Part shown: positions 30,601 through 41,815 of the stretch, in pieces
Layout of the letters: each line of letters begins with the position of its first letter
How positions within the stretch are numbered: position 1 is the first letter of the stretch
NCBI GenBank assembly: GCA_965261595.1
Contig: CBDHDG010000004.1
Coordinates: 640,001-704,000 of the forward strand
DNA: 64,000 nt
DNA from: a bacterium
Lineage (GTDB): Bacteria > UBA8248 > JACPRG01 > G963555815
Direction: 5' to 3'
Notes under the pieces: generated by a model
Database searches by the model: none
What the model was told of the DNA's origin: nothing
Seen by the model: the letters and a program-made list of their open reading frames with translations, nothing else
Program-made: the position numbers and the translations under genes

Positions 30601-31896
30601 TCACTGGGGCAGGAGCGACGGAAGCCAAAGGGACAACGGAGGCAAAAATGTGATCAGAAGCAGCGCCGCGCACTCCGCCGCCACGAAAGGAAGGATCGCC
30701 CGCGCGACGCCCTTGAGCGGCTCCCCCGTCACGCCGCCCGCCACGAGCAGGTTGACCCCCACGGGCGGGGTGACCTGGCCGATGGCCAGGTTCACCGTCA
30801 AGACGATCCCGAGATGGATCGGGTCCACGCCCGCGGCTTTCGCCATCGGGAGCAGGATCGGAACGAAGATGTAGAAAATCGAAATGGCATCCAGAAGGCA
30901 CCCCGCCGCCAGGATCAACGCGTTGACGGCGAGGAGGAAGAGGACGCGGTTCCCTTTCAGGATTCCCAACCCCGCCGCGGCGTCCTCGGCGATTCCCTGG
31001 TCCGTCAGGACCCACGCGAAAACCGACGCCATGACGACGATCGTCATCACAACCGCCGAAGTCCTGGCCGACGTCCAGAGGATCTCCGGCAGGTCCCTCG
31101 GTCTGATGTCCCTGTACACCCAAAGCCCGACGACCAGGCCGTACACAACCGCCACGGCGGCGGCCTCGGTGGGCGTGAAGACGCCCCCGTAAATCCCTCC
31201 GAGGATGATGACGGGCGCGCCCAATCCCCAGATGGATTCCCGCAGGGCCTTGGCGAACGGGACGTGGGCGGGGCCCGCCGCCTCCCCTCCCCCCTTCGCC
31301 GCCGCCGGCTCTCGCCGGGCCTCTATCCAAACGACGGCCGCCAGGCTCACGGCCATCAGCAGGCCCGGAAGGACGCCCGCCATGAACAGCTTCGGGATCG
31401 AGGTCTCCGCCAGGACGCCGTAGATCACCAGGGCGATGGAAGGCGGGATGATGATTCCGATCCCTCCACCCGCCGCCAGGAGGGCCGAGGCGAAGGAACG
31501 CCGGTACCCCGCGCTCTTCAACCCCGGATAGAGAAACGCGCCGATGGCCGCGACGTCCGCCGGACCTGAACCGGACAGGCCCGCGAAAAAGACAGAGGCG
31601 GCCACCGTCACGTAACCCAGTCCGCCCCGCACGGTCCCTACGAGCGAACGGGCCAGAACGGTCAGGCGTCTCGCGATCTCCCCGCGCGCCAGAATGTTCC
31701 CCGCCAGGATGAAAAAGGGGATCGCCAGCAGGGTCCAGGAATGGGCCGTGCCGAAGATGAGCTGCGGGAGAAACACCAACGGGGCCAGGTCGAACGCCCA
31801 GACCGTGACGACCCCCGCCAAACCCAGCGCAACTGCCACCGGGGCGCCCAGGAGAAGAAGGAGAACGAACGTTCCGAAGAGTAAGGCCGATATCAA
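30601..31896 (-). CDS. dctM: TRAP transporter large permease
   Basis: LAIPFFILAG, GLSGSGPAD, IIPPSI, GGIYGGVFTPTEAA, TPPVG. Confidence 0.92.
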   Translation of the reverse strand: MISALLFGTFVLLLLLGAPVAVALGLAGVVTVWAFDLAPLVFLPQLIFGTAHSWTLLAIPFFILAGNILARGEIARRLTVLARSLVGTVRGGLGYVTVAASVFFAGLSGSGPADVAAIGAFLYPGLKSAGYRRSFASALLAAGGGIGIIIPPSIALVIYGVLAETSIPKLFMAGVLPGLLMAVSLAAVVWIEARREPAAAKGGGEAAGPAHVPFAKALRESIWGLGAPVIILGGIYGGVFTPTEAAAVAVVYGLVVGLWVYRDIRPRDLPEILWTSARTSAVVMTIVVMASVFAWVLTDQGIAEDAAAGLGILKGNRVLFLLAVNALILAAGCLLDAISIFYIFVPILLPMAKAAGVDPIHLGIVLTVNLAIGQVTPPVGVNLLVAGGVTGEPLKGVARAILPFVAAECAALLLITFLPPLSLWLPSLLPQ

Positions 31897-31907
31897 AACG
31901 TTACCGG

Positions 31908-32117
31908 GGGCGCTTGCGCGCCGGCCAAGCTGCGATTGAGGTGCTTGCGCTCATGACAACCTCTGTAGCGCACGGCGCTCAGATTTGTTCTAACGCCTAG
32001 ATGCGAGAGTGTGGCGTTTGCGCGCCGGCCAAGCCGCGGTTGAGGCACCTGCCTCATGACAACTTCTGTGGCGCCCGGCGCTCAGATTCCTTCTAACACC
32101 TAGATGCGAGAGTGTGG
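31908..32117 (+). repeat. Two tandem copies (about 103 bp) of a dispersed palindromic repeat between dctQ and dctM
   Basis: TTGCGCGCCGGCCAAG...CTCATGACAAC...GGCGCTCAGATT...TTCTAAC.CCTAGATGCGAGAGTGTGG occurs twice. Confidence 0.85.
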
Positions 32118-32148
32118 AGAGCCGCCACCACGTGTCCGGCCGGCCCGT

Positions 32149-32634
32149 TTATCGGAAGGGGGGCGCGCCCCATCCCCCCCCTCCCCCTGGCGGCCGTTCC
32201 GGATCGGCGGGGGAAAGAACACGATAAATATAGAGCGCCGCGCCGACCGGGACCGCCAGCGTCACCCAGTAGGCCGGGGCGCCCAGGGCCGTCGTCTCGC
32301 CCATCTGGATGGAGATCCCCACGGCCCGAATCCCCTGGACCGCGAGGACGCCGAAGAACAGGACCGTCAAGCCAGCCACGATCCCATCCAGCCGACGCCG
32401 CAAGCCGGGGGGCAGGTTTTCTCTCAGGACAGAGAGGCCCGGATGGGCCCCATGCCGGGCCGCGAGCGCCGCCCCCAGGAACGTCGCCCAGACGAAGAGA
32501 TCAGGCACGACCTCCTCGATGTAGGCGATGGGAACCCCAATGGCCCGGGCGGCCGCGCCCGCAAACGTCAACGCCGCCATGACGGCCAGAATCGGAACGA
32601 GGAGGACCTCCTCCACCCGGCCCAACCATTTCAC
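32149..32634 (-). CDS. dctQ: TRAP transporter small permease
   Basis: 4 TM segments, EEVVPDLFVWATFLGAALAAR.GAH; GTG start overlaps the dctP stop. Confidence 0.85.
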   Translation of the reverse strand: MKWLGRVEEVLLVPILAVMAALTFAGAAARAIGVPIAYIEEVVPDLFVWATFLGAALAARHGAHPGLSVLRENLPPGLRRRLDGIVAGLTVLFFGVLAVQGIRAVGISIQMGETTALGAPAYWVTLAVPVGAALYIYRVLSPADPERPPGGGGGWGAPPFR

Positions 32635-33698
32635 GGGCGCTTGCCCTCCTTCGACAATTCCTTCACGGCCCTTTGCACCTCGGACTCGGCGAGGTCCATC
32701 ACATCCCGGCCGACCTTGGGCGCCCATTCATCGTAAACCGGTCTCACCCGCTTCCGGAACACGGCGAGCTCGGCGTCATCGAGCCGGATGACCTTCATCC
32801 CCTTCTTTTCGAGGAACGCGGGAAGGCGCTTATCGTCCTCCGCAATCAGCCTTCGCTCATACTCCAGGGCCTCCCGCGCGGCGGTCTGGAAAATCCGCTT
32901 CAACCGGGGGGAAAGGCCGTCGAAGAGCTTGCCGTTCATGGAAAGGATGAGGGGGTCGAACGAATAGTTCCAGATCGTGACGTGTTTCTGCACCTCGTAG
33001 AGGCGCGAGGAGGTGATGACCGAGAGGGGGTTTTCCTGCCCGTCGATCACCCCCTGCTGAAGAGAGGAGAACACCTCGCCGAAGTTCATGGTCAGGGCGT
33101 TCCCCCCCAGAAGGCGGAAAATCCTCAGGTACATCTTCGTCCCGGCGACGCGGAACTTGATGCCGGACAAGTCCTCCGGCCTCCGGATGGGCCGCTTGCC
33201 GTTGGTGAGCTGGCGGAAGCCGTTGGCGCCCCACGCGAGGGCGGCGAAGCCCTTCTCCCGGAGCCACCCCGCCCCCATCTTCCCCATCTTCCCATCCAGG
33301 ACCTTCCAGACCGCCTCGTGGCTCGGGAAAAGCCAGGGGAGATCGTACACGTCGAACCGGGGGTCAAGATACAGGGCGAGGAGGATGGGCGACACCAGGT
33401 GCATTTGGATCACCCCGCTCCGGACCATCTGAAGCTCTGTCTTCTGGCTCCGGCCGGCCAGGGAGGCGCCGGGGTAGATCCGGATCCGGATTTCCCCGTT
33501 TGTTCTCTTTGAGACCCGCTCCGCAAACCGCAGCGCCCCTTTGTGCCAGGGAGATGTGGGCGACGTGATATGGCTCAGACGTAAGGTCCGGACTTCGGCG
33601 GGAGAAGACGTTGAAAAGAGGATGCACCCGGCAACCAGCAACACCGCCAGGGCGCGGGGCCCCCGGCCGGGATGAAAAAACTTCGCGATCTTCTTCAT
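32631..33698 (-). CDS. dctP: TRAP transporter substrate-binding protein
   Basis: Signal peptide, NGFRQLT, PEDLSGIKFRV, EVFSSLQQGVIDGQENP. Confidence 0.92.
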   Translation of the reverse strand: MKKIAKFFHPGRGPRALAVLLVAGCILFSTSSPAEVRTLRLSHITSPTSPWHKGALRFAERVSKRTNGEIRIRIYPGASLAGRSQKTELQMVRSGVIQMHLVSPILLALYLDPRFDVYDLPWLFPSHEAVWKVLDGKMGKMGAGWLREKGFAALAWGANGFRQLTNGKRPIRRPEDLSGIKFRVAGTKMYLRIFRLLGGNALTMNFGEVFSSLQQGVIDGQENPLSVITSSRLYEVQKHVTIWNYSFDPLILSMNGKLFDGLSPRLKRIFQTAAREALEYERRLIAEDDKRLPAFLEKKGMKVIRLDDAELAVFRKRVRPVYDEWAPKVGRDVMDLAESEVQRAVKELSKEGKRP

Positions 33699-33808
33699 TC
33701 GAACATTTCCAGGTTGATCTCAAACCGTCCGGGACGCACACTGAAGCCTGTGACGTATGGTAACAAAATGGAAGACGGATTGTTCGAGATTCGAGGGACG
33801 TGATCCTG

Positions 33809-36800
33809 ATGAGCCTGGACCTCTTCCATCCCCTCGTTGGCGCCTGGTTCACCGAGACTTTCGACGGGCCGACGCCCCCCCAGGCCGAGGGGTGGCCGGC
33901 GATCATGGCCGGCCGCGACACCCTCATCTCCGCCCCGACCGGCTCGGGCAAGACCCTCGCCGCCTTCCTCTGGTCGATCGACCGGCTGGTCCGGGCAGGC
34001 GCGGAAGGGGGCCTTGAAGACCGGACGCACGTCGTCTACGTCTCCCCCCTCAAGGCCATGGCCAACGACATCCAGAAGAACCTCCAGACCCCCCTCCAGC
34101 AGATCCGCAAGCGGGCCCAGCAGTCGGGCGTCCCGTTCCCGGAAATCAACGTCATGGTCCGCACGGGGGACACGCCCGCCAAAGAGCGCGCGCTCATGGT
34201 CCGGCGGAACCCGCACATCCTCATCACGACCCCCGAGTCCCTCTACATCCTGCTCACCGCCGAGCGAAGCCGCCGCATGCTCGAGCCGGCCGAGACGGTC
34301 ATCATCGACGAGATCCACGCCGTGGCGGGGGACAAGCGCGGGAGTCACCTGGCCCTCTCCCTCGAGCGCCTGGACGCCCTGTGCGGCCGCCGGGTCCAGC
34401 GCATCGGCCTGAGCGCGACGCAAAAACCCATCGAAGAGATCGCCCGCCTCCTGGTCGGCAACGGGCGCGTCCTCGCCGACGGCCGTCCGGACTGCGCGAT
34501 CATCGATACGGGGCGCCGCCGGGAGTTGGACCTTTCCATCGAGATCGCCGATCAGGAGCTCGGCCCCGTCGCCACGCACGAGCTTTGGACGGACGTCTAT
34601 GACCGCGTAGCGGCGCGCGTCGAGACCCACCGCGCCACCCTCGTCTTCGTCAACACCCGGCGGCTCGTCGAGCGCGTCTCCCACCACCTCGAAGACCGCC
34701 TCGGCGAAGGCCGGGTGGCCGCCCACCACGGCAGCCTCTCCAAGGCCACGCGCCTGGCGGCGGAACAGGGGCTGAAGAACGGGGAGATTCCGGCCATTGT
34801 CGCGACGGCCTCTCTCGAGCTGGGGATCGACGTGGGCCACGTGGACCTCGTCTGCCACATCGGGGCTCCCCGGGCGCTCGCCACACTCATCCAGCGCGTG
34901 GGCCGCTCGGGCCACTGGATCGGGGCCGTTCCCAAGGGGGTCCTGTTCCCCATGACGCGGGACGAGCTGATCCAGTGCGCGGCGGCGATCCGCGCGATTC
35001 GCCAAGGCGGGCTGGACCGCGTCATCATGCCCGAGAGGCCGCTCGACATCCTCGCCCAGCAGATCGTCGCCACGGCCGCGGCGGACGAGATCGGGGAAGA
35101 GGACCTCCGCCGGATGATGCGGGGCGCGTATCCGTACCGGGACCTCCCGGAGAAGGATTGGGAGGCCGTTCTCCACATCCTGTCCGAGGGCATCTCGACG
35201 AAGAGAGGGCGGCGAAGCGCCCATCTTCACCGGGACCGGGTGAACGGTCGGATCAGGGGGCGGCGCGGCGCGCGGCTGGCGGCGATCACCTCCGGCGGGG
35301 CCATCCCGGACACGGCGGATTTCGACGTAATCGAAGAGCCCGCGGAAAAGCTCGTCGGGCGGGTGAACGAAGACTTCGCCATCGAGAGCATGGCCGGGGA
35401 CATCTTCCTGCTGGGCAACCAGTCCTGGCGCATTCGAAGAATAGAGGCGGGCAAGGTCCGGGTGGAAGACGCCCGTGGCGCTCCGCCGAACATTCCGTTC
35501 TGGCTCGGCGAGGCCCCCTCCCGCACCCACGAGCTCTCGGCGGCGGTCTCGAAGCTCCGCGAGGAAATCGCCGGGCGGAGCCGGGGCTCAGCCGGTCCGG
35601 ACGCCGCCGTTGAATGGCTCACGACCGAAACCGGCCTGGATCCATCGGGCGCGGAACAGGCGGCGGCCTACATCCGGGAATCCCTCCGGACGCTGGGGGC
35701 CGTCCCCACGCAGAACCAGATCATCGCCGAGCGGTTCTTCGACGAGTCGGGGGGGATGCAGCTTGTCCTCCACACCCCCTTCGGCGGCCGGATCAACCGC
35801 GCCTGGGGGCTCGCGCTCCGAAAAGGCTTCTGCCTGAATTTCGACTTCGAGCTTCAAGCGGCCGCCACCGACGACGGCCTCGTCCTCTCCCTCATCGAGC
35901 AGCACAGCTTTCCCCTGGAGAGCGTGTTCGGGTTCGTCCGGCCGGCCACCCTCGAGAAAAACCTCATCCAGGCCACGCTCCAGTCACCCATGTTCACGAA
36001 CCGCTGGCGCTGGAACGCCACGCGGGCCCTCGCCCTGCTCCGCCACAACGGCGGCAGGAAGGTTCCGATGGCCATCCAGCGGATGCGGGCCGAAGACCTC
36101 CTGGGGGCGGTGTTTCCCGATCAACTGGCCTGCCAGGACAATCACTCCGGGCCCGTCACCCCCCCGGACCATCCTCTCGTGAACGAGACCCTCGACAACT
36201 GCCTGCGCGAGGCCATGGACATCGACGGCCTCCTCGAAATCCTCGAAAAGATGGAACGGGGGGAGATCCGCACCGTCGCCGTCGAGACCCCCGCCCCCTC
36301 CCCGATGTCCCACGAGATCCTCAACGCGAACCCCTACGCCTTCCTCGACGACGCCCCCCTGGAAGAGCGCCGCGCGCGGGCGGTCTCGCTCCGGAGATCC
36401 CTGCCGGACTTCGAGGACGGCGTCGCCGCCCTGGACCCGGAGGCCATCGCCCAGGTCCGCGCCCAGGCCTGGCCCGACGTAAGAGACGCCGACGAGCTTC
36501 ACGACGCGCTCTTGACCTTCATCGTCCTTCCCGCGGCCGATGCCGCTGAATGGGTCTCTTTCGCCGAGGCGTTGATCGCCTCCGGCCGCGCCGCCGCGGT
36601 CCGTTGGGGCGCCTCCGATGGAGAAGAGCGCGGGGACTTCGTCGCCGCGGAGCGGCTTCGCTACGCCCGGGCCGCCCTGTCCGGGTTGCGCTGCGATGAG
36701 GACATCCGCGAGCCCCCGCCCGCCCCCGGAGAAGAAGCCGATCCGGAGGAGCAGGACGCCGTCCGGTCGATGGTTCAGGGGTGGATGGCATGCGTCGGGC

Positions 36801-38122
36801 CGATTACCGAGGCCCGTCTGGCCGAGCGCCTGGGGCTTTCGGGGAGCGCCGTCCGGACGGCCATGGCGGCCTTGGAGGCCCAGGGCGGCGTTCTGCAAGG
36901 ACGCTTCTCCCGGAACTTGTCCGAGGGGGAGGGGGAAACCGAATGGTGCGACCGCCGGCTGCTCGCCCGCATCCACCGGATGACCCTCGGGCGGCTGCGC
37001 CGCGAGATTGAGCCCGTGACCCCCGCCGACTTCATGCGGTTCCTCCTCCGCTGGCAGCACGTTCAGCCGGGAACCCGGCTTCACGGGCGGGACGGCGTTC
37101 TGGAAGTCATCCGGCGGCTTCAGGGGCTCGAGCTTCCCGCGCCCGCGTGGGAACGCTGCGTCCTGCCGGCCCGGATCGAGGACTATGACCCGGATGATCT
37201 GGAATCCCTCTGCCTGGCCGGCGAGACGGCCTGGGGGCGGATCCGGCTGAACCCCGGCATGGGAGGAGGGGGGAGTGAAGACCCGCCCGCCGTCAACGGA
37301 CCCAACGCGGCCGCCTCCCGGAGGTCCCCCTCTCCTTCCCGCCAGACCCCGCTCGGTTTCATGCTCCGCAAGGACGCGCCCGACATTCTGGAGCCCGCCC
37401 CCCCCGCCGAAGAGAGTTTCGCGCGCCTCTCACCCGTCGGTCAGGACGTTCACCGGTATCTGGAAGAAAACGGCGCGTCGTTTCTGGTGGACATATCTGG
37501 AGCGACCGGCCACCTCAAGACGGCCGTCGAGGACGCCCTCTGGGAGCTGGTCGCGCGCGGCCTCGCGGCCGGCGACGGGATCGCGGGCCTTCGGACCCTG
37601 CTCATACCGGACGCCGAGCGGAAACCCCGGCGAAGGCCTTTCCGGTCCCTTCGCGGCCGGCGCGCGGCCGAGCGGTTCATCCCGGCCGGCCGGTGGTCGC
37701 TCTGGCGCCCGCCCGCCGGTCAGGGGCGGCCGAAGCCGGTGCGGATCGAGGCCCTCGCCCGACGGCTCCTTCACCGGTACGGCGTCGTTTTCCGCGAGAT
37801 CCTGGCGAGGGAGACCCACGGGGCGCCCTGGCGCGACCTCCTGGCCGTCTTACGCCGCCTGGAGGCGCGCGGAGAGATTCGCGGAGGAAGGTTCGTCAAC
37901 GGATTCGTCGGCGATCAGTACGCGCTGCCCGAAGCCGTCGAGGCCCTGCGGGCGGTGCGGCGGAATCAGGAAGATGAGAAAACGGTGGTGGTCGCGGCGG
38001 CGGACCCGCTGAACCTCGTGGGCATCGTTACGCCCGGCGCCCGGCTGTCCCCTTTCTCCCGGCAGGTCATCGCTTACCGCAACGGGATCCCGGTGGACTC
38101 GGGCGCGCTGGGAGAGGTTCGA
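33809..38122 (+). CDS. lhr: Lhr-family ATP-dependent DEAH helicase; its native last 17 codons are displaced to 41599-41652 by IS1380 insertion, and the ORF now reads into the IS to 38242
   Basis: APTGSGKT, YVSPLKA, TTPESL, DEIH, GLSAT, AHHGSLS, ATASLELGID, QRVGRSGH; C-terminal GEIRGGRFV and AADPLNL. Confidence 0.9.
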
Positions 38123-39817
38123 CCCGCATTTCTCACCACCCACTCGGCGGATGGATTATCGGGTGTGAATTGGAGTGTTTTTTCCTGTCTGTCGCTTTTG
38201 CGGTGGAACCAGGGCCGGTGGGTGGTTGGAGTTGACCCGTGAGAGGGGCTTTTTGGCCGATTTGGCTCGGCTCCGCACGCACGTTTGCCTCGACTCCCTG
38301 CGCGTTCATTTTGCAATCTGTCTTAGACGGCGGGCTCTCCCTCCGGCCCCGCGCGCAGGTTCCGCCAGGCGTGGAAGAACACATTCATGTACGGATAACC
38401 CGTCGCAAGGGCCACGTGCACTCGCCGCACGCTCACCCGAACCTGCGCCCCGATCTTCAGCAGCCGCGTCCGCACCGTTCCACACGTTGCCTTTGCAAAC
38501 GCCGTCCCCCGAAGGCCTAGCCGACGCAACGCATGCATCAGTTCATAGGCCACCGCCGACAGGTAGAGCCGCAACTGATTGGAGCGCATCCGCGTGCACG
38601 ACGTCCGGTCCGCGTACAGGTCGAGCTGCTGCTCCTTGAGCCGGTTCTCCATCGTCCCCCGGGCGCAGTAGATGCGCTCGTACAGAGGCTTCGCGTCGAT
38701 CGCCTCCTCGTCCAGCGAAGTCACGATGAAGCGCGGATTGGCGCCCTTGGCCAGGTGCTCGGCCTTGGCGACCACCCGCCGCACCCGGCTCCAGGATGTA
38801 AGCGTCCGGTGAGGAAACGACCGGAATAACCGCGCCCCCTTCCCCGTGCTCTGATGACGCGCCTTCGCTTCGGCCAGCTCGTCCTTCACCGCTTCCTGCA
38901 GCCGGGAGGTCTTGGCCAGGCCGAACACGTAATCCACCCCCTGCGCCTCGCACCAGGCCATGATCCACTCGCGCGAGAAGTCCGAATCCGCCCGAAGCAG
39001 GATCGACACCTGCGGCCAGCGTGCCCGAATCTGGGCAACGATCCGCTCCAACTCCTCCACCACCCCCGAGGAGGCGTCGATATTGGAGGGCCGAAGCCGA
39101 GCGCACAAAAGGAAATCCCCGCAGAAGATGTAAAGCGGAAGGTAGCAGTAATGACCGTGATAGCCGTGGAAGAAACGCCCCTCCTGACAGCCGTGCACCG
39201 GGTCGTCGGTGGCGTCGATGTCCAAAACGATCCGACCCGGCGCCCGCCTCTGCGACCGAAGGAAGCCCTCCACCAACAGCCGGTCGATCGCCTCGCCTCG
39301 GTAGGCGATCTTGTGGTAGCGCTCATCGCCATCGCCCGCAAGACGCTCCAAACGGTTCAGCGTGCTCTTGCCCGCAAGGGCCGGACCCCCCTTGCGCCGC
39401 GTGGCCTCCAGCTTGCCCGAGAGGATCTGGAGCATCGGGTCAAAGCGAAGCCGCTCGTGGTCATTGACGTCCTCATAGCCAAGCGCCAGCGCGTACACCC
39501 GCTGCCGCAACAACGCCCACAACTCATCTTCCACCCGCCTCGCGTCCCGACCGTCCTCAAAACAGGCCGCGAAGCCTGCGATCAGCTTCACCCGCCCCTC
39601 GGTGTCGCGTAGCAAAAGACCGCCCGCATCAGAGGTGATCGCCCCGCCGTTGGAAGTGGCGATCACACGCCGAGAACCCAACCCTTGGAATTCCATCTGT
39701 TCTGCGATACACTGTGTGCGAGTCAAGTCGGTCTCCTTTCTTCGGGCAACCCGTTGATCAAAAAGAGTTTACCCGAAAAAAACCGGCTTGGCTCTCTTTC
39801 TTTGTGAGATATCCAGG
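38123..39817 (-). mobile_element. IS1380-family element A
   Basis: Ends CCCGCATTTCTCAC and GTGAGATATCCAGG; contains an intact transposase. Confidence 0.85.
38323..39726 (-). CDS. IS1380-family DDE transposase
   Basis: TSDAG, GYEDVND, LDIDATDD..HG.QE, LRADS, YCARGTMENRLKE. Confidence 0.92.
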   Translation of the reverse strand: MTRTQCIAEQMEFQGLGSRRVIATSNGGAITSDAGGLLLRDTEGRVKLIAGFAACFEDGRDARRVEDELWALLRQRVYALALGYEDVNDHERLRFDPMLQILSGKLEATRRKGGPALAGKSTLNRLERLAGDGDERYHKIAYRGEAIDRLLVEGFLRSQRRAPGRIVLDIDATDDPVHGCQEGRFFHGYHGHYCYLPLYIFCGDFLLCARLRPSNIDASSGVVEELERIVAQIRARWPQVSILLRADSDFSREWIMAWCEAQGVDYVFGLAKTSRLQEAVKDELAEAKARHQSTGKGARLFRSFPHRTLTSWSRVRRVVAKAEHLAKGANPRFIVTSLDEEAIDAKPLYERIYCARGTMENRLKEQQLDLYADRTSCTRMRSNQLRLYLSAVAYELMHALRRLGLRGTAFAKATCGTVRTRLLKIGAQVRVSVRRVHVALATGYPYMNVFFHAWRNLRAGPEGEPAV

Positions 39818-39897
39818 CTAAACGCAGCACGGCGCAGGCGTAGTGTCCAGAGAGCAGCGTTCACGATCCTCTTCAGGGAGCCGTCGCACAACATTAT

Positions 39898-41594
39898 CCG
39901 GGATTTCCCAGATGACCACTCTTAGCCATCCTGCGGTCCTCCTGTGTCATCAAAGTACCCCATTTTACTACAGATTCAGGGTCTCTTTGCAGAACCCTCT
40001 GCTCAATCGAGGGGCAACGGCCGTCCTAAAGCCGCAATCCCTTGAAAACCCAGCTCTACCGGCACACTCAGGGGAGTTCGGCACAGACTGATCCCCCGTC
40101 TCCACCACGTCACTAAGCTTCCGGGCCATCTGCTCCGTCATCCGGTATCTGGTACGGGAGGCGGTAACCACAACCGTCGAATTCGTTCAAGGATTGCCCT
40201 GAACAGTTGACGCGGCACGGCCACCTCGGCCATCTGGAAGGTGGTGTACCGGGCGTGGGTGACCACCTTGGCCCCAATCTTAATCAGCTTCTCGCGTAAC
40301 GTCGTCAGCGACCAGTGCTTCACCGCTCTGGGCAACGCCAGCCGCCGCAGGAAGTTTGCCAGGTTGTACGCCAAGGCAAATAGTTGCAAGCGAACCTGGT
40401 TCTCTTCAAAGCCGTGGCAGGACAGGCGCGTCCAGTTCAGGGCGTACTTGCCCTCCTTGATCCACTGCTCCGCCGTCCCACGCTGGTTGTAGAACCTCAC
40501 GACGTTCTCTTCCCGCCAGTGCAGGTTGGTCACGATGAAGCTGACTCTTGGAAACAACTCGCCCTGGTGCCACTCGACCGCCACCACCACCCGGCGAGGC
40601 TTCTCCCAACTAGCCGCCTGATAGGGGAGACGCTGTGGTAGAAGATAATGGGCCTTTTGGGCGGTCGGCCAACCGGCCGGGTCAGAAGGTATTCGATGTC
40701 CCTGTACAAGATGGCGTTGGCCGGAAGCCGAATCGCATAGGAGTAGCCCTCCGCCTCAAGGTATCGGTACACCTCCGGCTTGGCAAATGCCGCGTCGCCT
40801 CGAAAAAACCGACAGACCTTCGCATCCCGGTAGCGAGCTACCACCGGCTCCAATACAGACCGCCAGTCATCAGCGCTGTGGACCTTGCCGTTGCGCAACA
40901 GCGCCCGCTCCAGATCGCCAAACTGGTTGAAGCAAAACAGTGGGTGATAGCAGGTGCAGCCGAAGTGGCCGTTGTAGGAAGAGCCTTCCTGCTCACCGTG
41001 GGTCGGGCTGACCGAACTGTCCATGTCCAGGATCAGCTTGCGAATCGGCTTGCGTTTGCGGACACGATCCACCAACACACCGGGCAGACCGCTCAGCGCC
41101 TTGAGGGGTTAAGGGGCCGGGTGAGGGTCTGCGTCTCGAATCGGCTCATCTGGCTGGTGGAGGCAGCGGTGTGATACTTCGCTCGCCCCCCAACCACCTG
41201 ACGCATGGCGGGATCGACACAGAGCCGCTCGGCATCATTGGTGTCTTTATATCCTGCCAGGCGGCTGTAGACCGACTGGCGCACCAAAGCGGTGAGGCTG
41301 TGCCGGGTGTTCCCGCCCGTCCGTGAATCGGACAGAAACCCCTCGGCCGCCTTCGTTAGCCCCAACACCTCATCCAGTTCACGATAGGCAAGCAAACCGG
41401 CGTCACTCGTAACCTTTGCTCCATGAAACTCCAGCCTGAGCCGACCGTCGAATTGGAGCCTCAACGGCCTCTTTTTCGCTTCACCCATCGGGTCCCCTCG
41501 CAAGATGATGGCAGGGAGAGGCCAACACCTTGATTTTACACGAGAAAACGGCCTTCGGGGCGTTAATAATTATCATCCATATGGGAAATGCGGG
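39898..41594 (-). mobile_element. IS1380-family element B (distinct from A)
   Basis: Ends CCGGGATTTCCCAGATG and CATATGGGAAATGCGGG; TCGA duplicated at 38119-38122 and 41595-41598 around A+B. Confidence 0.85.
40138..41488 (-). pseudogene. IS1380-family transposase, frameshifted (near 41090 and 40630)
   Basis: Three consecutive ORF pieces with TSDAG, LDMDSSVSPTHGEQE, RGDAAF and YNQRGTAEQWIKEGK. Confidence 0.85.
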
Positions 41595-41815
41595 TCGAAG
41601 CCGTCTGCGGAACCGGGACCCGGCCTTCCAGGAAGAGCGGATGGGCGCGTGACGCCGCCCTGGTGATGAAAAACCTCTCTATGCGGTGTGGGCGCTTGCG
41701 TGGATGACAGGGTGTTCAGACCTTGTGATTCCGTTCGCTTCCGGCAAGCGGTTGCTCGAAGTCGAGGGGGCGGGATGAAAGAAGGCGGGCATCTTCTCTT
41801 TTTGAGGATTGCGGG

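Noticed and set aside
31908..32117. Tandem repeat of about 103 bp as a CRISPR array or true attC array
   Set aside because: Only two long units with no spacers or cassette ORFs between them, and no paired RYYYAAC/GTTRRRY ends; kept as a dispersed repeat.
33695..35530. Long antisense ORFs (this one and e.g. 19363-21255, 6832-8463, 25160-26629, 49885-51285)
   Set aside because: They are shadows of well-supported genes on the opposite strand in GC-rich DNA and have no recognisable motifs.
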